This document shows, one piece after another, positions 50,620 to 60,984 of a stretch of DNA of 64,000 bases. Both the position numbers and the translations under genes were made by a program. Position 1 is the stretch's first letter. Each line of letters begins with the position of its first letter. Source of the stretch: an uncultured delta proteobacterium (GTDB lineage Bacteria; Desulfobacterota; Binatia; UBA9968). The stretch spans positions 224,001 through 288,000 of the forward strand of contig CAVXEP010000013.1 of the NCBI GenBank assembly GCA_963760795.1. Reading direction: 5' to 3'. A model generated the notes under the pieces. That model had not been told where the DNA came from and ran no database searches. It saw nothing but the letters and a program-made list of their open reading frames with translations.

Positions 50620-51906
50620 TTAAATTTCGTCAAACATAACATGCCGACTGTGAGACTTCTCCCAGACTTTGCGTCTTGGCGACCAATTGCGGAAACCAAT
50701 CCGAAAGAAATCCGAGATTCGAACGTCCACAATCGTCGCATCGTTCCTCCAAGCATCGCAAAGTCTTGGAAAATCCAATATTTCCCCGCCGCTCTTGAGC
50801 GCCTCATTGACAACATCGAGAATCGGTTTCATCTCGAGCATCTCGGGTCTTCCCGTGTCGACATACTTGACACCGTCCAGCCGCCGGTTTAGCAGCGGCA
50901 CATCGTCTTTGGGAATGTCGATGCGCAGAGAGTCGCCGGGGCTTTCGCCGGTGCTCAAGCGCTTTTGCAGCGCGATCTGGCCGCGGCGCGACAATAGCCA
51001 ATTGATAAAAACCTTGGCCGCGTTGGGATGTGGCGCGCGATTGACCAGCGTTAAAGTGCCGAATGCCTGGACCAAGCCACCGCCTTCTTTGAAAACCCGC
51101 GGCCCGAAGGTGTCCACCGGCAAGCCTTGCTGCTTCGCTATCTCCACGTCGCAGGAAAAACAGATGGCGAATTTTCCCGCCGCCAGCCAATCCGGCCCCT
51201 GGCGAAAATCACGAAACAAAGTCAGATTCATTTCGCCGTAGAGTTTGCGAATGAACGGCGCGCCTAACTCGGGATGATGAAAAAAGAACCGCGCGTTACC
51301 GCCGCCAGGGCCGGGCGCCCGGACATCGCGGGCGACGATTTTATCCTTCCATTTCGGACTGAGCAGATCCCAGTAGGATTTAAACTCCTTCGGGTCGACC
51401 AGCTTGGTGTTGTAATTCACCGAGCCGTAGGTCGCCGAGCCGACATAATTGAAAACATATTGGCCCTCGGCGTCGGCGTAATGGTGCTTTCCCTCATACC
51501 ATTTGGACGGGTCGGTAATCTCCGGAAGAATCAGCGCCGCTTTGATCGGGTCCAAGACTTTGGCCGGATAGAGCTGCTGGTAGGTCGCATTGGCTCCCGT
51601 GCTGACGACATCGGCGAGATACTTCTCGCCGCGCCGCTCGCTGATCAACCGCTGGACAATTTGCGCGCCGCGCGCCGGAACAGCCACGAGCTTGATTTCC
51701 GGAAATTCTTTTTCAAAGTCCGGCAGCACCGCTTCGTAACCGCCGATGTAGACAACGACCTGTCCTTCCTTTTTGGCGGCTTCGAGGGTTTTCTCCCATT
51801 CCTGTTGCCACGCGGGCTTTGGCTGAGCCGCCAAAGCAACCATCGCTAAGCCAAAGAAAACGATCGCCGAAAAAGAACTACTTAACGCGGCCACTCTTCG
51901 TCTCAA
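50620..51906 (-). CDS. ABC extracellular solute-binding protein (FbpA/TbpA-like)
   Basis: Same motifs; the extension after NEALKS is probably terminal frameshift read-through. Confidence 0.88.
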   Translation of the reverse strand: MRRRVAALSSSFSAIVFFGLAMVALAAQPKPAWQQEWEKTLEAAKKEGQVVVYIGGYEAVLPDFEKEFPEIKLVAVPARGAQIVQRLISERRGEKYLADVVSTGANATYQQLYPAKVLDPIKAALILPEITDPSKWYEGKHHYADAEGQYVFNYVGSATYGSVNYNTKLVDPKEFKSYWDLLSPKWKDKIVARDVRAPGPGGGNARFFFHHPELGAPFIRKLYGEMNLTLFRDFRQGPDWLAAGKFAICFSCDVEIAKQQGLPVDTFGPRVFKEGGGLVQAFGTLTLVNRAPHPNAAKVFINWLLSRRGQIALQKRLSTGESPGDSLRIDIPKDDVPLLNRRLDGVKYVDTGRPEMLEMKPILDVVNEALKSGGEILDFPRLCDAWRNDATIVDVRISDFFRIGFRNWSPRRKVWEKSHSRHVMFDEI

Positions 51907-51934
51907 TTTTCAATTCTCCATTGTCAATTATCCA

Positions 51935-53053
51935 TTAACTCTTCCCCGCCGCCTTGAGCGCTTCGTTCATGACGTCCAAGATCGGCTTCATCTCCTGCCA
52001 TTCCGGACGGCTGGTGTCGAGGTACTTCACACCATCGAAGCGGCGTTGCAAAATCGGTATTTCGTCTTTAGGAATGTCGATACGCAGGGAATCGGTGGGA
52101 TTCTCGGTTTTGAGCATATTTTTCTGCAGGGCGATTTGGCCTCTGCGCGACAACAGCCAATTGATAAAAACCTTCGCCGCGTTGGGATGGGGCGCGCGAT
52201 TGACCAGCCCGAGGGTACCGAATTGCTGCACCAGGCCGGCGCCTTCCTTGAAAACTCCTGGGCCAATGGTGTCCACCGGCAGCCCCTGCTGCTTGGAGAC
52301 ATCGACTTCGCAAAAAAAGCAGATCGCCGCCTTGCCAACGGCAAGCCAGTCGCTTCCCTGGCGGTAGTCACGAAACAAAGTAGTGTCCATTTCGCCGTAT
52401 AACTTGCGAATGAACGAGGGACCGACATCCGGCAGGTAATAGAACAAGCGCGCGTTACCCGAACCGGGGCCGGGCACGCGGACGTCCCGCGAAATGATTT
52501 TGCCTTTCCATTTAGGATTGAGCAGGTCCCAATAGGATTTGAAATCCTTCACGTCGACCAACTTAGTGTTGTAGCTCACCGAGCCGTAGGTCGCGGTACC
52601 GACGTAACTGATAATGTATTGGTTTTCCGGGTCGGCATAGTGGTGCCTGCCTTGGTACCACTTGGTCACGTCGTTGATCTCGGGCAACAATAACGCCGGC
52701 TTGATCGGGTCGAAGACTTTCGCCGGAAACAACTGTTGATAGGTGGTCACGCCGCCGGCGCTGACCACATCGGCAAGAAATTTGTCGGCGCGCCGCTCGG
52801 CGAGCAAACGCTGGCCGACCTGGCTGCCGCGGCCGGTGATCGGCAAAACCTTAATTTCCGGATACTCCTTTTGGAAGTCGGGGAGATTCTCTTCATAGCC
52901 GCTGATATAAATCGCCAGCTGGCCTTCCTTCTTGGCCGCTTCGAGCGTCTTCTCCCACTCCACTTGCCACGCAGGCTTGGGTTGAGCGGCAAAGGCAGTA
53001 TCGAACGCGCTTAGCAGCGCAATACATAGCAAAGGTAACAATCTTCTCAGCAT
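51935..53053 (-). CDS. ABC extracellular solute-binding protein (FbpA/TbpA-like)
   Basis: Signal peptide, LAERRADKFLAD, APHPNAAKVFINWLLSRRGQ. Confidence 0.92.
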   Translation of the reverse strand: MLRRLLPLLCIALLSAFDTAFAAQPKPAWQVEWEKTLEAAKKEGQLAIYISGYEENLPDFQKEYPEIKVLPITGRGSQVGQRLLAERRADKFLADVVSAGGVTTYQQLFPAKVFDPIKPALLLPEINDVTKWYQGRHHYADPENQYIISYVGTATYGSVSYNTKLVDVKDFKSYWDLLNPKWKGKIISRDVRVPGPGSGNARLFYYLPDVGPSFIRKLYGEMDTTLFRDYRQGSDWLAVGKAAICFFCEVDVSKQQGLPVDTIGPGVFKEGAGLVQQFGTLGLVNRAPHPNAAKVFINWLLSRRGQIALQKNMLKTENPTDSLRIDIPKDEIPILQRRFDGVKYLDTSRPEWQEMKPILDVMNEALKAAGKS

Positions 53054-53079
53054 AATTTTGGCTTCCTGTTTTACTTAGA

Positions 53080-53136
53080 TTTATCGGCGCGCCGCTCGGC
53101 GATCATGCGCTGCGCCATCTGCGAACCGCGGGCGAT
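53080..53136 (-). pseudogene. Internal fragment of another SBP paralog
   Basis: IARGSQMAQRMIAERRADK matches the family motif RG....R..AERRADK. Confidence 0.7.
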
Positions 53137-53183
53137 AGTTTGGCAATAAATCTCTGACACAATTTGCGCATGAATCATTTACC

Positions 53184-54311
53184 TCAGCTGGCTTTTTTCT
53201 GCGTGTAGCTCCACTCATAGTCCCGATCGCGGTACGCCTCGTCCGGCATGACCGACTGCAATCCTTTGCGCGCCAACTCGGACTCGAACTTCTCGCGGAT
53301 CATCGGGTCTTCAGCGGTGTACTCGATCTGATCGCGCGCGCGGTCTTCGACCTTTTCGCTGATGCCGTTGAGCCCGCGAGGCGGATGGATCGCCAGGTAA
53401 CGCGCCGGCGCGCCGCCGATGTTGAAATGTTGGTGAAACCAACGGTTGGGCGGCACGAACAAGCTCGCTTCATGCCAAGGAATTATGATTTTCTCGCCGC
53501 CCTCCGGCCACATGATCGAGTAGCCCTCGCCGGCGGGAATGACAATCAAGTAACCGGGTCCATGGCGGTGGCCTTTCTTATACGTCCGCGCCGGAAACAC
53601 CGACATATGCGCCGAGATCGCCGAGCTGGGAAATCCCACCCACACCACGTGACCACCGGCGCCGCGCCGCTCAAAATGATCGAGCCGGTCCCAGGCTCTC
53701 ATGTCGGCGAAAAAATTACCGAACCAAATGTTACGCCCGTCGCGCGCGCTGCCAGGCTCGTTGAGCGTCACGACTTTCGCTTCGGAATAAATCTCGCGCG
53801 CGCCCTGGCCGTAGAGCAGATCGTAATCCACCAGCGGATTATTGAAGAAATAATCCGGATCGGGCAGCACCGACATCGCCAGCGGCAAATAGCTGCAATG
53901 CAAGAGCTTCACCGACTGGTCGCCTTGCATGTTGCTCAACTGGCAATGATAGTTGCCCGGAATTAGAAACATCGCGTGGCTTTGCCACTCGAAAATCTTT
54001 TTCTCGCGCGTGCCGGCCCAGATGCTAGCGACGCCGCGTCCTTGCAAGACGTAGACGACTTCATCGATGGCAACCCTAAACGACGGTAGCGTTTTCCCCG
54101 GCGGAATCTCTGTTACATAAGCGCCGGTCACGCCCTCCTGGCCGGCGAGCTGGATAAACGCCGCGTCACACTCGCGCTCCGGCCAATAGCCCAGCTCCAC
54201 CGTGCGGCAATCTTCGATGTAATAGCCGCGATGAATCGGCGCGCCGGTCGACTCGATCCAGTATTCATAGGGCGTTTTCTTGTCCCAAAAATTCGCCGTC
54301 GATCTAGCCAT
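53184..54311 (-). CDS. Bicupin protein
   Basis: YKKGHRHGPG...NRWFHQHFN; paralog of 39890-40990. Confidence 0.85.
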   Translation of the reverse strand: MARSTANFWDKKTPYEYWIESTGAPIHRGYYIEDCRTVELGYWPERECDAAFIQLAGQEGVTGAYVTEIPPGKTLPSFRVAIDEVVYVLQGRGVASIWAGTREKKIFEWQSHAMFLIPGNYHCQLSNMQGDQSVKLLHCSYLPLAMSVLPDPDYFFNNPLVDYDLLYGQGAREIYSEAKVVTLNEPGSARDGRNIWFGNFFADMRAWDRLDHFERRGAGGHVVWVGFPSSAISAHMSVFPARTYKKGHRHGPGYLIVIPAGEGYSIMWPEGGEKIIIPWHEASLFVPPNRWFHQHFNIGGAPARYLAIHPPRGLNGISEKVEDRARDQIEYTAEDPMIREKFESELARKGLQSVMPDEAYRDRDYEWSYTQKKAS

Positions 54312-54431
54312 GTCTGTCTCCGTCTAAATTCTAACCGAGGATAGACGATGGAAGATCGAGGATCGAAAGAAACCATCCTCCATCCTCGATCCTCAATCCT
54401 CGACGATTGTCGATCTCGTCTCACTTCGCGC

Positions 54432-55523
54432 TCACTTTTTCTTCGCCATCGCCTTCTCGACGATGTCATAGATCGGCGCCATATCGATATATTCCGGCTT
54501 ATCCACCAGCAAATACTTCACACCGTCGACACGCCGCAATTCGCTGCGCACCATGTCCTTGGGAATATCGGTGCGCAGCGATTCTTCGGAATTGTACGGT
54601 GTGTTGGTCGCGCGCTGAAGCGCCGTCTGGCCCTCGCGCGAGAGTAGCCAATTGACAAACACGCGCGCAGCGTTCGGGTGCGGCGCCTGGGTCGGCAATA
54701 TGACCGATCCCATGTTGCCGGCGGAAATCGCTCGGCTTTCTTTCCACTGCACCGTGCGAAATTCGTCCACCGGCAGCCCTTGAGCTTTGACTTTGAGGAT
54801 TTCAGAGCAAAAAAAGCAGATGGCGAATTTTCCGTGCGCCAGCCAATCGGTCGCTTGACGAATTTCTTGGGTGAGCGTCACATCCATCTCACCATAAAGA
54901 CGGCGAATAAACTCGGCGCCTAGTTCCGGTGTATGATAAAAGCCGCGCAGACCGATGCGCTGGCTGCCGGAAATCTTCGGATCGCGCGAAAGAATTTTGC
55001 CTTTCCACTTGGGTTGGAGAAAATCCCAGTAGGAACGAATCTCGCCCGCCTCCACCGACTTGGCATGGTAGGAAACATACTCGCTGACGTTGCCGACATA
55101 AACAAAAACGTATTGGTTCTCAGCGTCGATGTAGTGGTGCTGGCCGAGCCACCACTTGGACTCATCGACGACCTCGGGAAGGATCAGAGCCGCACGCACG
55201 CTGTTCAAAATTTTCGCGCGATAAAAAACTTCATAGGCCGTCGTCGCCCCGGCGATATAGGCGTCGACGAGATACTTCCCGGCGCGCCGCTCCGCCATAA
55301 TCTTGGGCGCAAACGTATTCCCCCGCCCGGGGGTCACGACCACGTTGATCTCCGGATATTTTTTTTGAAACAGCTGCGCCATCGCGCCGAGCTCGCCCTC
55401 GCCCTGGTAGAGATAGAGCGACAGCGAGCCTTCTTTCTTCGCCGCACTGACGGTGCGCTCCCACTCGATTTGCCAGTTAGGTTTAGATTCAGCGGCGTAA
55501 GCGACGCTGACCGACAGAAGCAC
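54432..55523 (-). CDS. ABC extracellular solute-binding protein (FbpA/TbpA-like)
   Basis: MAERRAGKY, APHPNAARVFVNWLLSREGQ; the start may lie slightly upstream. Confidence 0.9.
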   Translation of the reverse strand: MLLSVSVAYAAESKPNWQIEWERTVSAAKKEGSLSLYLYQGEGELGAMAQLFQKKYPEINVVVTPGRGNTFAPKIMAERRAGKYLVDAYIAGATTAYEVFYRAKILNSVRAALILPEVVDESKWWLGQHHYIDAENQYVFVYVGNVSEYVSYHAKSVEAGEIRSYWDFLQPKWKGKILSRDPKISGSQRIGLRGFYHTPELGAEFIRRLYGEMDVTLTQEIRQATDWLAHGKFAICFFCSEILKVKAQGLPVDEFRTVQWKESRAISAGNMGSVILPTQAPHPNAARVFVNWLLSREGQTALQRATNTPYNSEESLRTDIPKDMVRSELRRVDGVKYLLVDKPEYIDMAPIYDIVEKAMAKKK

Positions 55524-55824
55524 AAACGAAATACCAGCATTGATCTAAGAGAATACACGCTCATCGCAGGCTCCGAATTCTTGCCCCGTCAGCCAAGGGT
55601 GTTTCAGCTGTCATTCCGAGGTCCTTCGACATATTCAGGATAAACTCCGCCGAGGAATCTCGCCTTCGTAAGTGTCCTCCCATTCGCTACTCAGCAAAGC
55701 GGGCGCGATGAATCGCCCCGCTACGGAGTCCGATTTTTTGCGTCCTTTGCGGCCACTTCCGGTTCCGATTCTTCGTCGGTCAACAATTTGAACGGCTTGA
55801 ACGATTGGAGCGATTGAAACAGTC

Positions 55825-56994
55825 CTACGCTTTCGGCGGCACATGATAAGTCACGGAACCCGCCTTACCCACTTCCAGGGAATGATCCATTTTGGTGTCG
55901 ATGATCGGGTGATTGGGGTCCCGAAAGACGTTCATCGGCTCCAAGCCCTGCGCTACTTTCTTGATTTCGCGCGCCAACATTTCCCGATAGACGACCACGC
56001 CGCGATCCGATGCGGCAAGCCGCTCGCGCGTGCGGTCGAGCACCGGCCCCTGGGTTTCCCAGGCCATGAAATCTTGAGCGTCGACTTCGTCGAGGCGAAA
56101 CTTCGTGTCGGGATGGCGGGCGCCGAGCGGGTTCTTGAACGGCTTGCGGTAACTGACCGGCACTTCGTCTTTGTTCGCGTGCGGCTCGGCGGAGTCCGGC
56201 ACGAAGTGGACATAAACGATCCAGGTGTGCGTGTCGTCGATGGGCACGCGAATCTGCGTGCGGTTGGCTTGGCGCAGCACCGTCGGGAATAACAGCGGAT
56301 GCTCCTCGACTTTGCCATCTTTGAATACGCGCCGTTTGATCACACCGTGATCAAACTCCTCAACCTCGAACTTTACTAAATTATCGATGGTGCCCCGGGT
56401 CGTGCTCTCGACTTTGAAGCCGTCGGTTACCAGCTCTTGATGCAGAACATGCAGATGAGCCGTGTCGACGGAATTCTCCATCGCTTGCAGCCAGTTACAG
56501 TCGAGCTGCGGCAAGGCGCGGAGCCAATGCCAGCCGTCAGTGCGCGCCCAGACATCGTATTTGGGCATCGCCGGCGCCGGCTGCGGGCCGAAATAGGCCC
56601 AGTAGAGGCCGGCGAGCTTCTGCACCGGATAGGCTTTTTGTTTGACCGTGTGGCAGAACTTACTGTCCGCCGGTTCCGCCGGCGTCTCCAGGCAGTTGCC
56701 CTTTATATCGTAAAGCCAGCCATGGTACGCGCAGGCAAGGCCGCGCTCCTCGACCCGGCCGTAGGAAAGCGACACACCGCGATGGGCGCAGCGATCATGC
56801 AAAAGCCCGACCTCGCCGCCGGTGGTTTGGAACAAGACCAAATCCTCGCCGAGGATGCGCAGAAACTTGGTCGGATTTTCCGCGGTCAAGTCCGCCGCGA
56901 TCGCCACCGGATGCCAGTAGCGCCGCAGCAATTCCCCCGCCGGCGTGCCGGGACCGACTTTGGTCATCATTTCATTTTCTTCAGCGGTCAACAT
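55825..56994 (-). CDS. Rieske oxygenase large subunit
   Basis: CAH...CAYH; ENSVDTAHLHVLH; QDFMAWETQG. Confidence 0.92.
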   Translation of the reverse strand: MLTAEENEMMTKVGPGTPAGELLRRYWHPVAIAADLTAENPTKFLRILGEDLVLFQTTGGEVGLLHDRCAHRGVSLSYGRVEERGLACAYHGWLYDIKGNCLETPAEPADSKFCHTVKQKAYPVQKLAGLYWAYFGPQPAPAMPKYDVWARTDGWHWLRALPQLDCNWLQAMENSVDTAHLHVLHQELVTDGFKVESTTRGTIDNLVKFEVEEFDHGVIKRRVFKDGKVEEHPLLFPTVLRQANRTQIRVPIDDTHTWIVYVHFVPDSAEPHANKDEVPVSYRKPFKNPLGARHPDTKFRLDEVDAQDFMAWETQGPVLDRTRERLAASDRGVVVYREMLAREIKKVAQGLEPMNVFRDPNHPIIDTKMDHSLEVGKAGSVTYHVPPKA

Positions 56995-57071
56995 TTTCTA
57001 CTCCCCCTTAAACATCGACGAACAGACGCGTCATCCGCGATTCTCAATCCTCTATCCTCAGAACCGCTCCG

Positions 57072-58202
57072 TCATTTCTTACCGGCTAAAACCTCATCCA
57101 TCAACTTGGTCACCGGCGTAACATCCCGCGTGCCCAGCTCGTCGGGATCGAAATACTTACCGCCGTCAAGGCGCCGCTCCGGCGCCGGAATGTGATCCTT
57201 GGGCACGTCGATGCGCCGTGAGTTCTTTGCCTCTCCCGGCGTGCTGATCACGCGCTGGAAGGCGCTTTGCCCTTCGCGCGAGAGCAGCCAATTGACAAAA
57301 ACCTTGGCGGCATTGGGATGGGGCGCGCGGTTCATCAAGGCAAGTTGGCCGAAGGCTGCCGAGATGCTCGCGCCCTCTTTGAAATGATGCGGATCGAATT
57401 CGTCCACCGGCAGCCCCTGCGCCTTGGCTTTGACCGTGTAAGAACCTTGCGTCGGCATCGACAAGGCGAACTTACCCGCCGCCAGCCAATCCATCGCCTG
57501 ACGCCCGTCGGCGGTCAAAGTAACGTCCATCTCGCCGTAAAAACGGCGCAGAAACTCCGGGCCGAGATCGGCGTGGTAATAAAGATATTGGAACGACGGC
57601 CCGGAACCGCGCACCCGCCGAAGATCGGGAGAGACGATCTTGCCTTTGAGTTTGGGGTTGAGAAAGTCCCATAAGGATTTGTAGTCTTTCGGATTGATCA
57701 GATTGCTGTTGTAGGCCGGACTCGCCCCCGCCGCCACGTTGGCTTCGTAGACAATAATGTAGCGCCCTTCGCGGTCGGCATATCTTTGCTTGCCCTCCCA
57801 CCACTTGGTCGGATCGATCACTTCAGGCAAGATCAGCGCCGGCTTGAGCGGATCGAGCATCTTGGCGAGATAAAGATTCTGATAGATCGAGCCGCCGCCG
57901 CCACTGTAAACATCGGCGAGATACTTGTCGCCGCGCCGCTCGGCGACGATGCGCGGCGCGAGCTGGGTGCCTGAGCCGGTGACGCTGGTAACCTTGATTT
58001 TAGGATAAGCCTTCTGAAACACCCCCGAATCGATCAACGCGCCATAGCCGGCGATGTAGACCGTCAACTGCCCTTCTTCCTCCGCAGCCTTGACCGTCCG
58101 CTCCCATTCGGCTTGCCACGCCGGCTTGGGCTCGGCCGCTAAAACTGGGATAGCGGCGCACCAAACAAAGGCAAGCAACAATAGACAAGTCAGATGCTTC
58201 AT
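57072..58202 (-). CDS. ABC extracellular solute-binding protein (FbpA/TbpA-like)
   Basis: Signal peptide, VAERRGDKYLAD, APHPNAAKVFVNWLLSREGQ. Confidence 0.92.
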   Translation of the reverse strand: MKHLTCLLLLAFVWCAAIPVLAAEPKPAWQAEWERTVKAAEEEGQLTVYIAGYGALIDSGVFQKAYPKIKVTSVTGSGTQLAPRIVAERRGDKYLADVYSGGGGSIYQNLYLAKMLDPLKPALILPEVIDPTKWWEGKQRYADREGRYIIVYEANVAAGASPAYNSNLINPKDYKSLWDFLNPKLKGKIVSPDLRRVRGSGPSFQYLYYHADLGPEFLRRFYGEMDVTLTADGRQAMDWLAAGKFALSMPTQGSYTVKAKAQGLPVDEFDPHHFKEGASISAAFGQLALMNRAPHPNAAKVFVNWLLSREGQSAFQRVISTPGEAKNSRRIDVPKDHIPAPERRLDGGKYFDPDELGTRDVTPVTKLMDEVLAGKK

Positions 58203-58291
58203 AAGAGCCTCAAACCTGGCCTACTCCCGGCAAGGAGGATGGGACAAATCCGAAACCTTGAACTGTTGAACCCTTGAACCTTGAACAAGTT

Positions 58292-59479
58292 TCACTCCGG
58301 ACTCGGCACCTGATGCGACAGCATGATCTCTTTGCGCTGCTTTGCCGACTCCAGCATCGCCAGGCAAACTTCCAAGGTCGCCGCGCCCCAGCGGCCGCCG
58401 TGAAACACCGGCCGCCCTTTCACCACCGCGTCGTACAATTCTTCAACTTCCGCCTCGCGGCCACGGCTGCCCGCCGGCAGTGTAATCTCCCGTTGCTCGC
58501 TCTCGCCGTAAATCTTCAGCCCATCCGGCGTCTGGCGAATATCGCCCTTCTGACAGCTTACCACGGTGTGGCCGAAAAACGGCTGCTTGCGCGCGCCGCT
58601 CCAGACATGGCTGTACTCGCCCTCACGCTTGCCGCCAAAGCGCATGCCTTCTTTTAACTGCTCTTCTTCTTCCGCCGTGCGCACTTCGCGTAATTTTTCT
58701 CGCACTGTCAAATTGGTCTCGGGCGGCCGATGTTGCCCGCCCTCGCCGACCCAATCGAACAATTCCGCGGTATCGAAAAAGCCATAGCCGCTATATACCA
58801 GCGTCGCCGGCGTGCCGTCTGCGAATTCTAAATAACAAGTATAGCTGCCTTCCCACTCGCGCGCCGGGTCCCAGATACCGGTCATGGCGCGCACACTGCG
58901 CACCATGCCGCCGCCGATCAAGCGCACCACGTCGACATGGTGCGGTCCTTGATTGAGCACCACGCCGCGGGTCATGGCCAGCTCATGCTTCATCCGGGGA
59001 CGGTACATGAACTCGTTGTAGTTCCAGGTATTGATCATGCACAGCTTGCCGAGCTCGCCGCTTTTGACGATCTCGCGGATCTTGCGGATCGGCGGATCGA
59101 AGCTATGGGTGTGGCCGCACAGCAATTTAACGCCGTATTTGTCCGCCGCTTCATTCATGGCGTCGCATTCCGCCAGATTCATCGCCATGGGTTTTTCGAC
59201 GATGATATGCTTTTTGTGCTTGGCGGCGAGAATCGCGTGCTCCGCGTGCAGCGAATTGGGCGTGGCGATGTAGACCGCGTCGACGTTGCGGCTGGCGCAT
59301 AACTCCTCGACGCTGGTGTAGCCTTCGGCCTGATACTGCTCGCGGAACTTTGCCACGGCGTCCGCGCGCATATCCGCGGCTGCGGTGATTTTGATAAACG
59401 GCAACTTGGCGATGGGCGGCATGATCTGCGTGCTCGCCACGCCCAAGCCAGCCATGCCTAATCGAAGAATGTCACTCAT
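58292..59479 (-). CDS. Gfo/Idh/MocA oxidoreductase (cis-dihydrodiol dehydrogenase OphB/Pht4-like)
   Basis: LGMAGLG, VEKPMA, GHTHSFD, NEFMYRPR, NQGPHHVD, GRWGAATLEVCLA; start MSDILR at 59479. Confidence 0.9.
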   Translation of the reverse strand: MSDILRLGMAGLGVASTQIMPPIAKLPFIKITAAADMRADAVAKFREQYQAEGYTSVEELCASRNVDAVYIATPNSLHAEHAILAAKHKKHIIVEKPMAMNLAECDAMNEAADKYGVKLLCGHTHSFDPPIRKIREIVKSGELGKLCMINTWNYNEFMYRPRMKHELAMTRGVVLNQGPHHVDVVRLIGGGMVRSVRAMTGIWDPAREWEGSYTCYLEFADGTPATLVYSGYGFFDTAELFDWVGEGGQHRPPETNLTVREKLREVRTAEEEEQLKEGMRFGGKREGEYSHVWSGARKQPFFGHTVVSCQKGDIRQTPDGLKIYGESEQREITLPAGSRGREAEVEELYDAVVKGRPVFHGGRWGAATLEVCLAMLESAKQRKEIMLSHQVPSPE

Positions 59480-59607
59480 TGATTGTTCCTTCGCTGCAGG
59501 CTTTCTTCCCTCCTCTCCCTCTGGGAGAGGACCGAGGTGAGGGCGCATTTTGTACGAATGCGATGGCCCTCACCCTTCCCACTCCCAAAAGGCGAGGGTT
59601 AAATTCA

Positions 59608-60888
59608 CTACGCGGACAAACTTTGCTCGGCAATTTTTTGTTGCACGATGGACCTAATATCCGCGGTCTTTGGAGCGACCTCTGAAATGACCGCGAGGTG
59701 CGCAAAGTCATTCTTACGCGGATCGCGCACCACATGCAGCGGATCGCGCCCTTCCTTCACGTCTTGAATGCCCTTGAGCAATAGCTTGCGCGCGGCGACA
59801 ATCGCCTTGTCCGAAGTCACCAGATGTTCCTTGGTCCGGTCTTGGATCGTTCCGGCGCCTTCGATGACGCAGGCGTCCTGCGCCTGGAAGTTGTAGCCGA
59901 TGCCGCTGAAGGTTTTATCTTTCATTGACGCGCGGTCTTGCAAGTAGCGGTTCGCCTTGGTGCGGGTCATACGATAGTCGGGCTGCAACTCGTCGCGCCC
60001 GCGCAGCATCATCGACCGGTCGAGCGCGCGCTTGCGGCTGAAAACGATGACGAACTTCCAGTGATTGTAGTCGTCGATCGGCACATGCCAGTTGACCGAG
60101 TAACCCTCCGCCGCGGTCTGGCCGGGGAAGGTGCTGAAGTTGGGCATGATGAAATTCGACGTGCGAAAATAAATCTTGTCGTCGTCGAGGTTGCGAATGG
60201 AAAAAATCCGCACGCCAAAATCGGTCAGCTCGACTTCGATGCGCGGCGCGATATCGGCGCCGAACAGCGAATTGGGCGAACTCTCGCTGCCCGGCACGCG
60301 CCGCTTCTTGTCGGTTTCGGAAAGTTCGAGATTGCGGTGCAGGAAGGACAGATGCACCGGATCGATATTGCCTTCATTTGATTGAAGGTAATTGCACGAG
60401 TGATGAATCTTCGAGACGAAGCGCTGGTCGTCGGGAACTTGAAGAAACTCATAGTTAGGCAACAGCGGCGGCTCGCCGGGACCGATATAGGCGAGAATGA
60501 CGCCGCCGATCTCGCGGCAAGGAAAGGACGGCTGGCAAAAGTCATCGCGATGCTCGCCGCCGTTGGGCTCGCCGGGCTGTTCGAGAATCTTGCCGTTCAC
60601 GTCATAGAGCCAGCCATGGTAAATACAGCGCAGCCCGCCGTCTTCCAACCGGCCGTAGGTCAAATCGGCGCCGCGATGGCAACAATGCGCATCGAGCACG
60701 CCGACACGCCCTTTGTCGTCGCGAAAAATCGCCAACTCCTCACCCATCAATGTTACCGCCACCGGCGCGCCGTCGGCTTTCAACTCTTCCGACAACGCCA
60801 CCGGCTGCCAATAGCGGCGCAAGAGTTCGCCGCACGGCGTGCCGGCGTTGGTTTGAGTTAGAAGTTGATTTTCCTCCCGACTGATCAT
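59608..60888 (-). CDS. Rieske oxygenase large subunit (phthalate 4,5-dioxygenase-like)
   Basis: CCH...CIYH; EGNIDPVHLSFLH; QD...G.IQDRTKEHL. Confidence 0.92.
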   Translation of the reverse strand: MISREENQLLTQTNAGTPCGELLRRYWQPVALSEELKADGAPVAVTLMGEELAIFRDDKGRVGVLDAHCCHRGADLTYGRLEDGGLRCIYHGWLYDVNGKILEQPGEPNGGEHRDDFCQPSFPCREIGGVILAYIGPGEPPLLPNYEFLQVPDDQRFVSKIHHSCNYLQSNEGNIDPVHLSFLHRNLELSETDKKRRVPGSESSPNSLFGADIAPRIEVELTDFGVRIFSIRNLDDDKIYFRTSNFIMPNFSTFPGQTAAEGYSVNWHVPIDDYNHWKFVIVFSRKRALDRSMMLRGRDELQPDYRMTRTKANRYLQDRASMKDKTFSGIGYNFQAQDACVIEGAGTIQDRTKEHLVTSDKAIVAARKLLLKGIQDVKEGRDPLHVVRDPRKNDFAHLAVISEVAPKTADIRSIVQQKIAEQSLSA

Positions 60889-60984
60889 CTGGTAATTCCC
60901 TCGCTTTATTATCTACGTCCCATCGCCCGCTTGCGGAAGGGGCTAGGGTGAGGGTTCTTTGCAGGGGCGACCGGCCGGTCGCCC

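Noticed and set aside
5285-58202. Calling the ABC system a ferric iron transporter (fbpABC)
   Set aside because: Family resemblance only; tyrosine iron ligands are not apparent and the context is organic-substrate catabolism, so no gene symbols were given.
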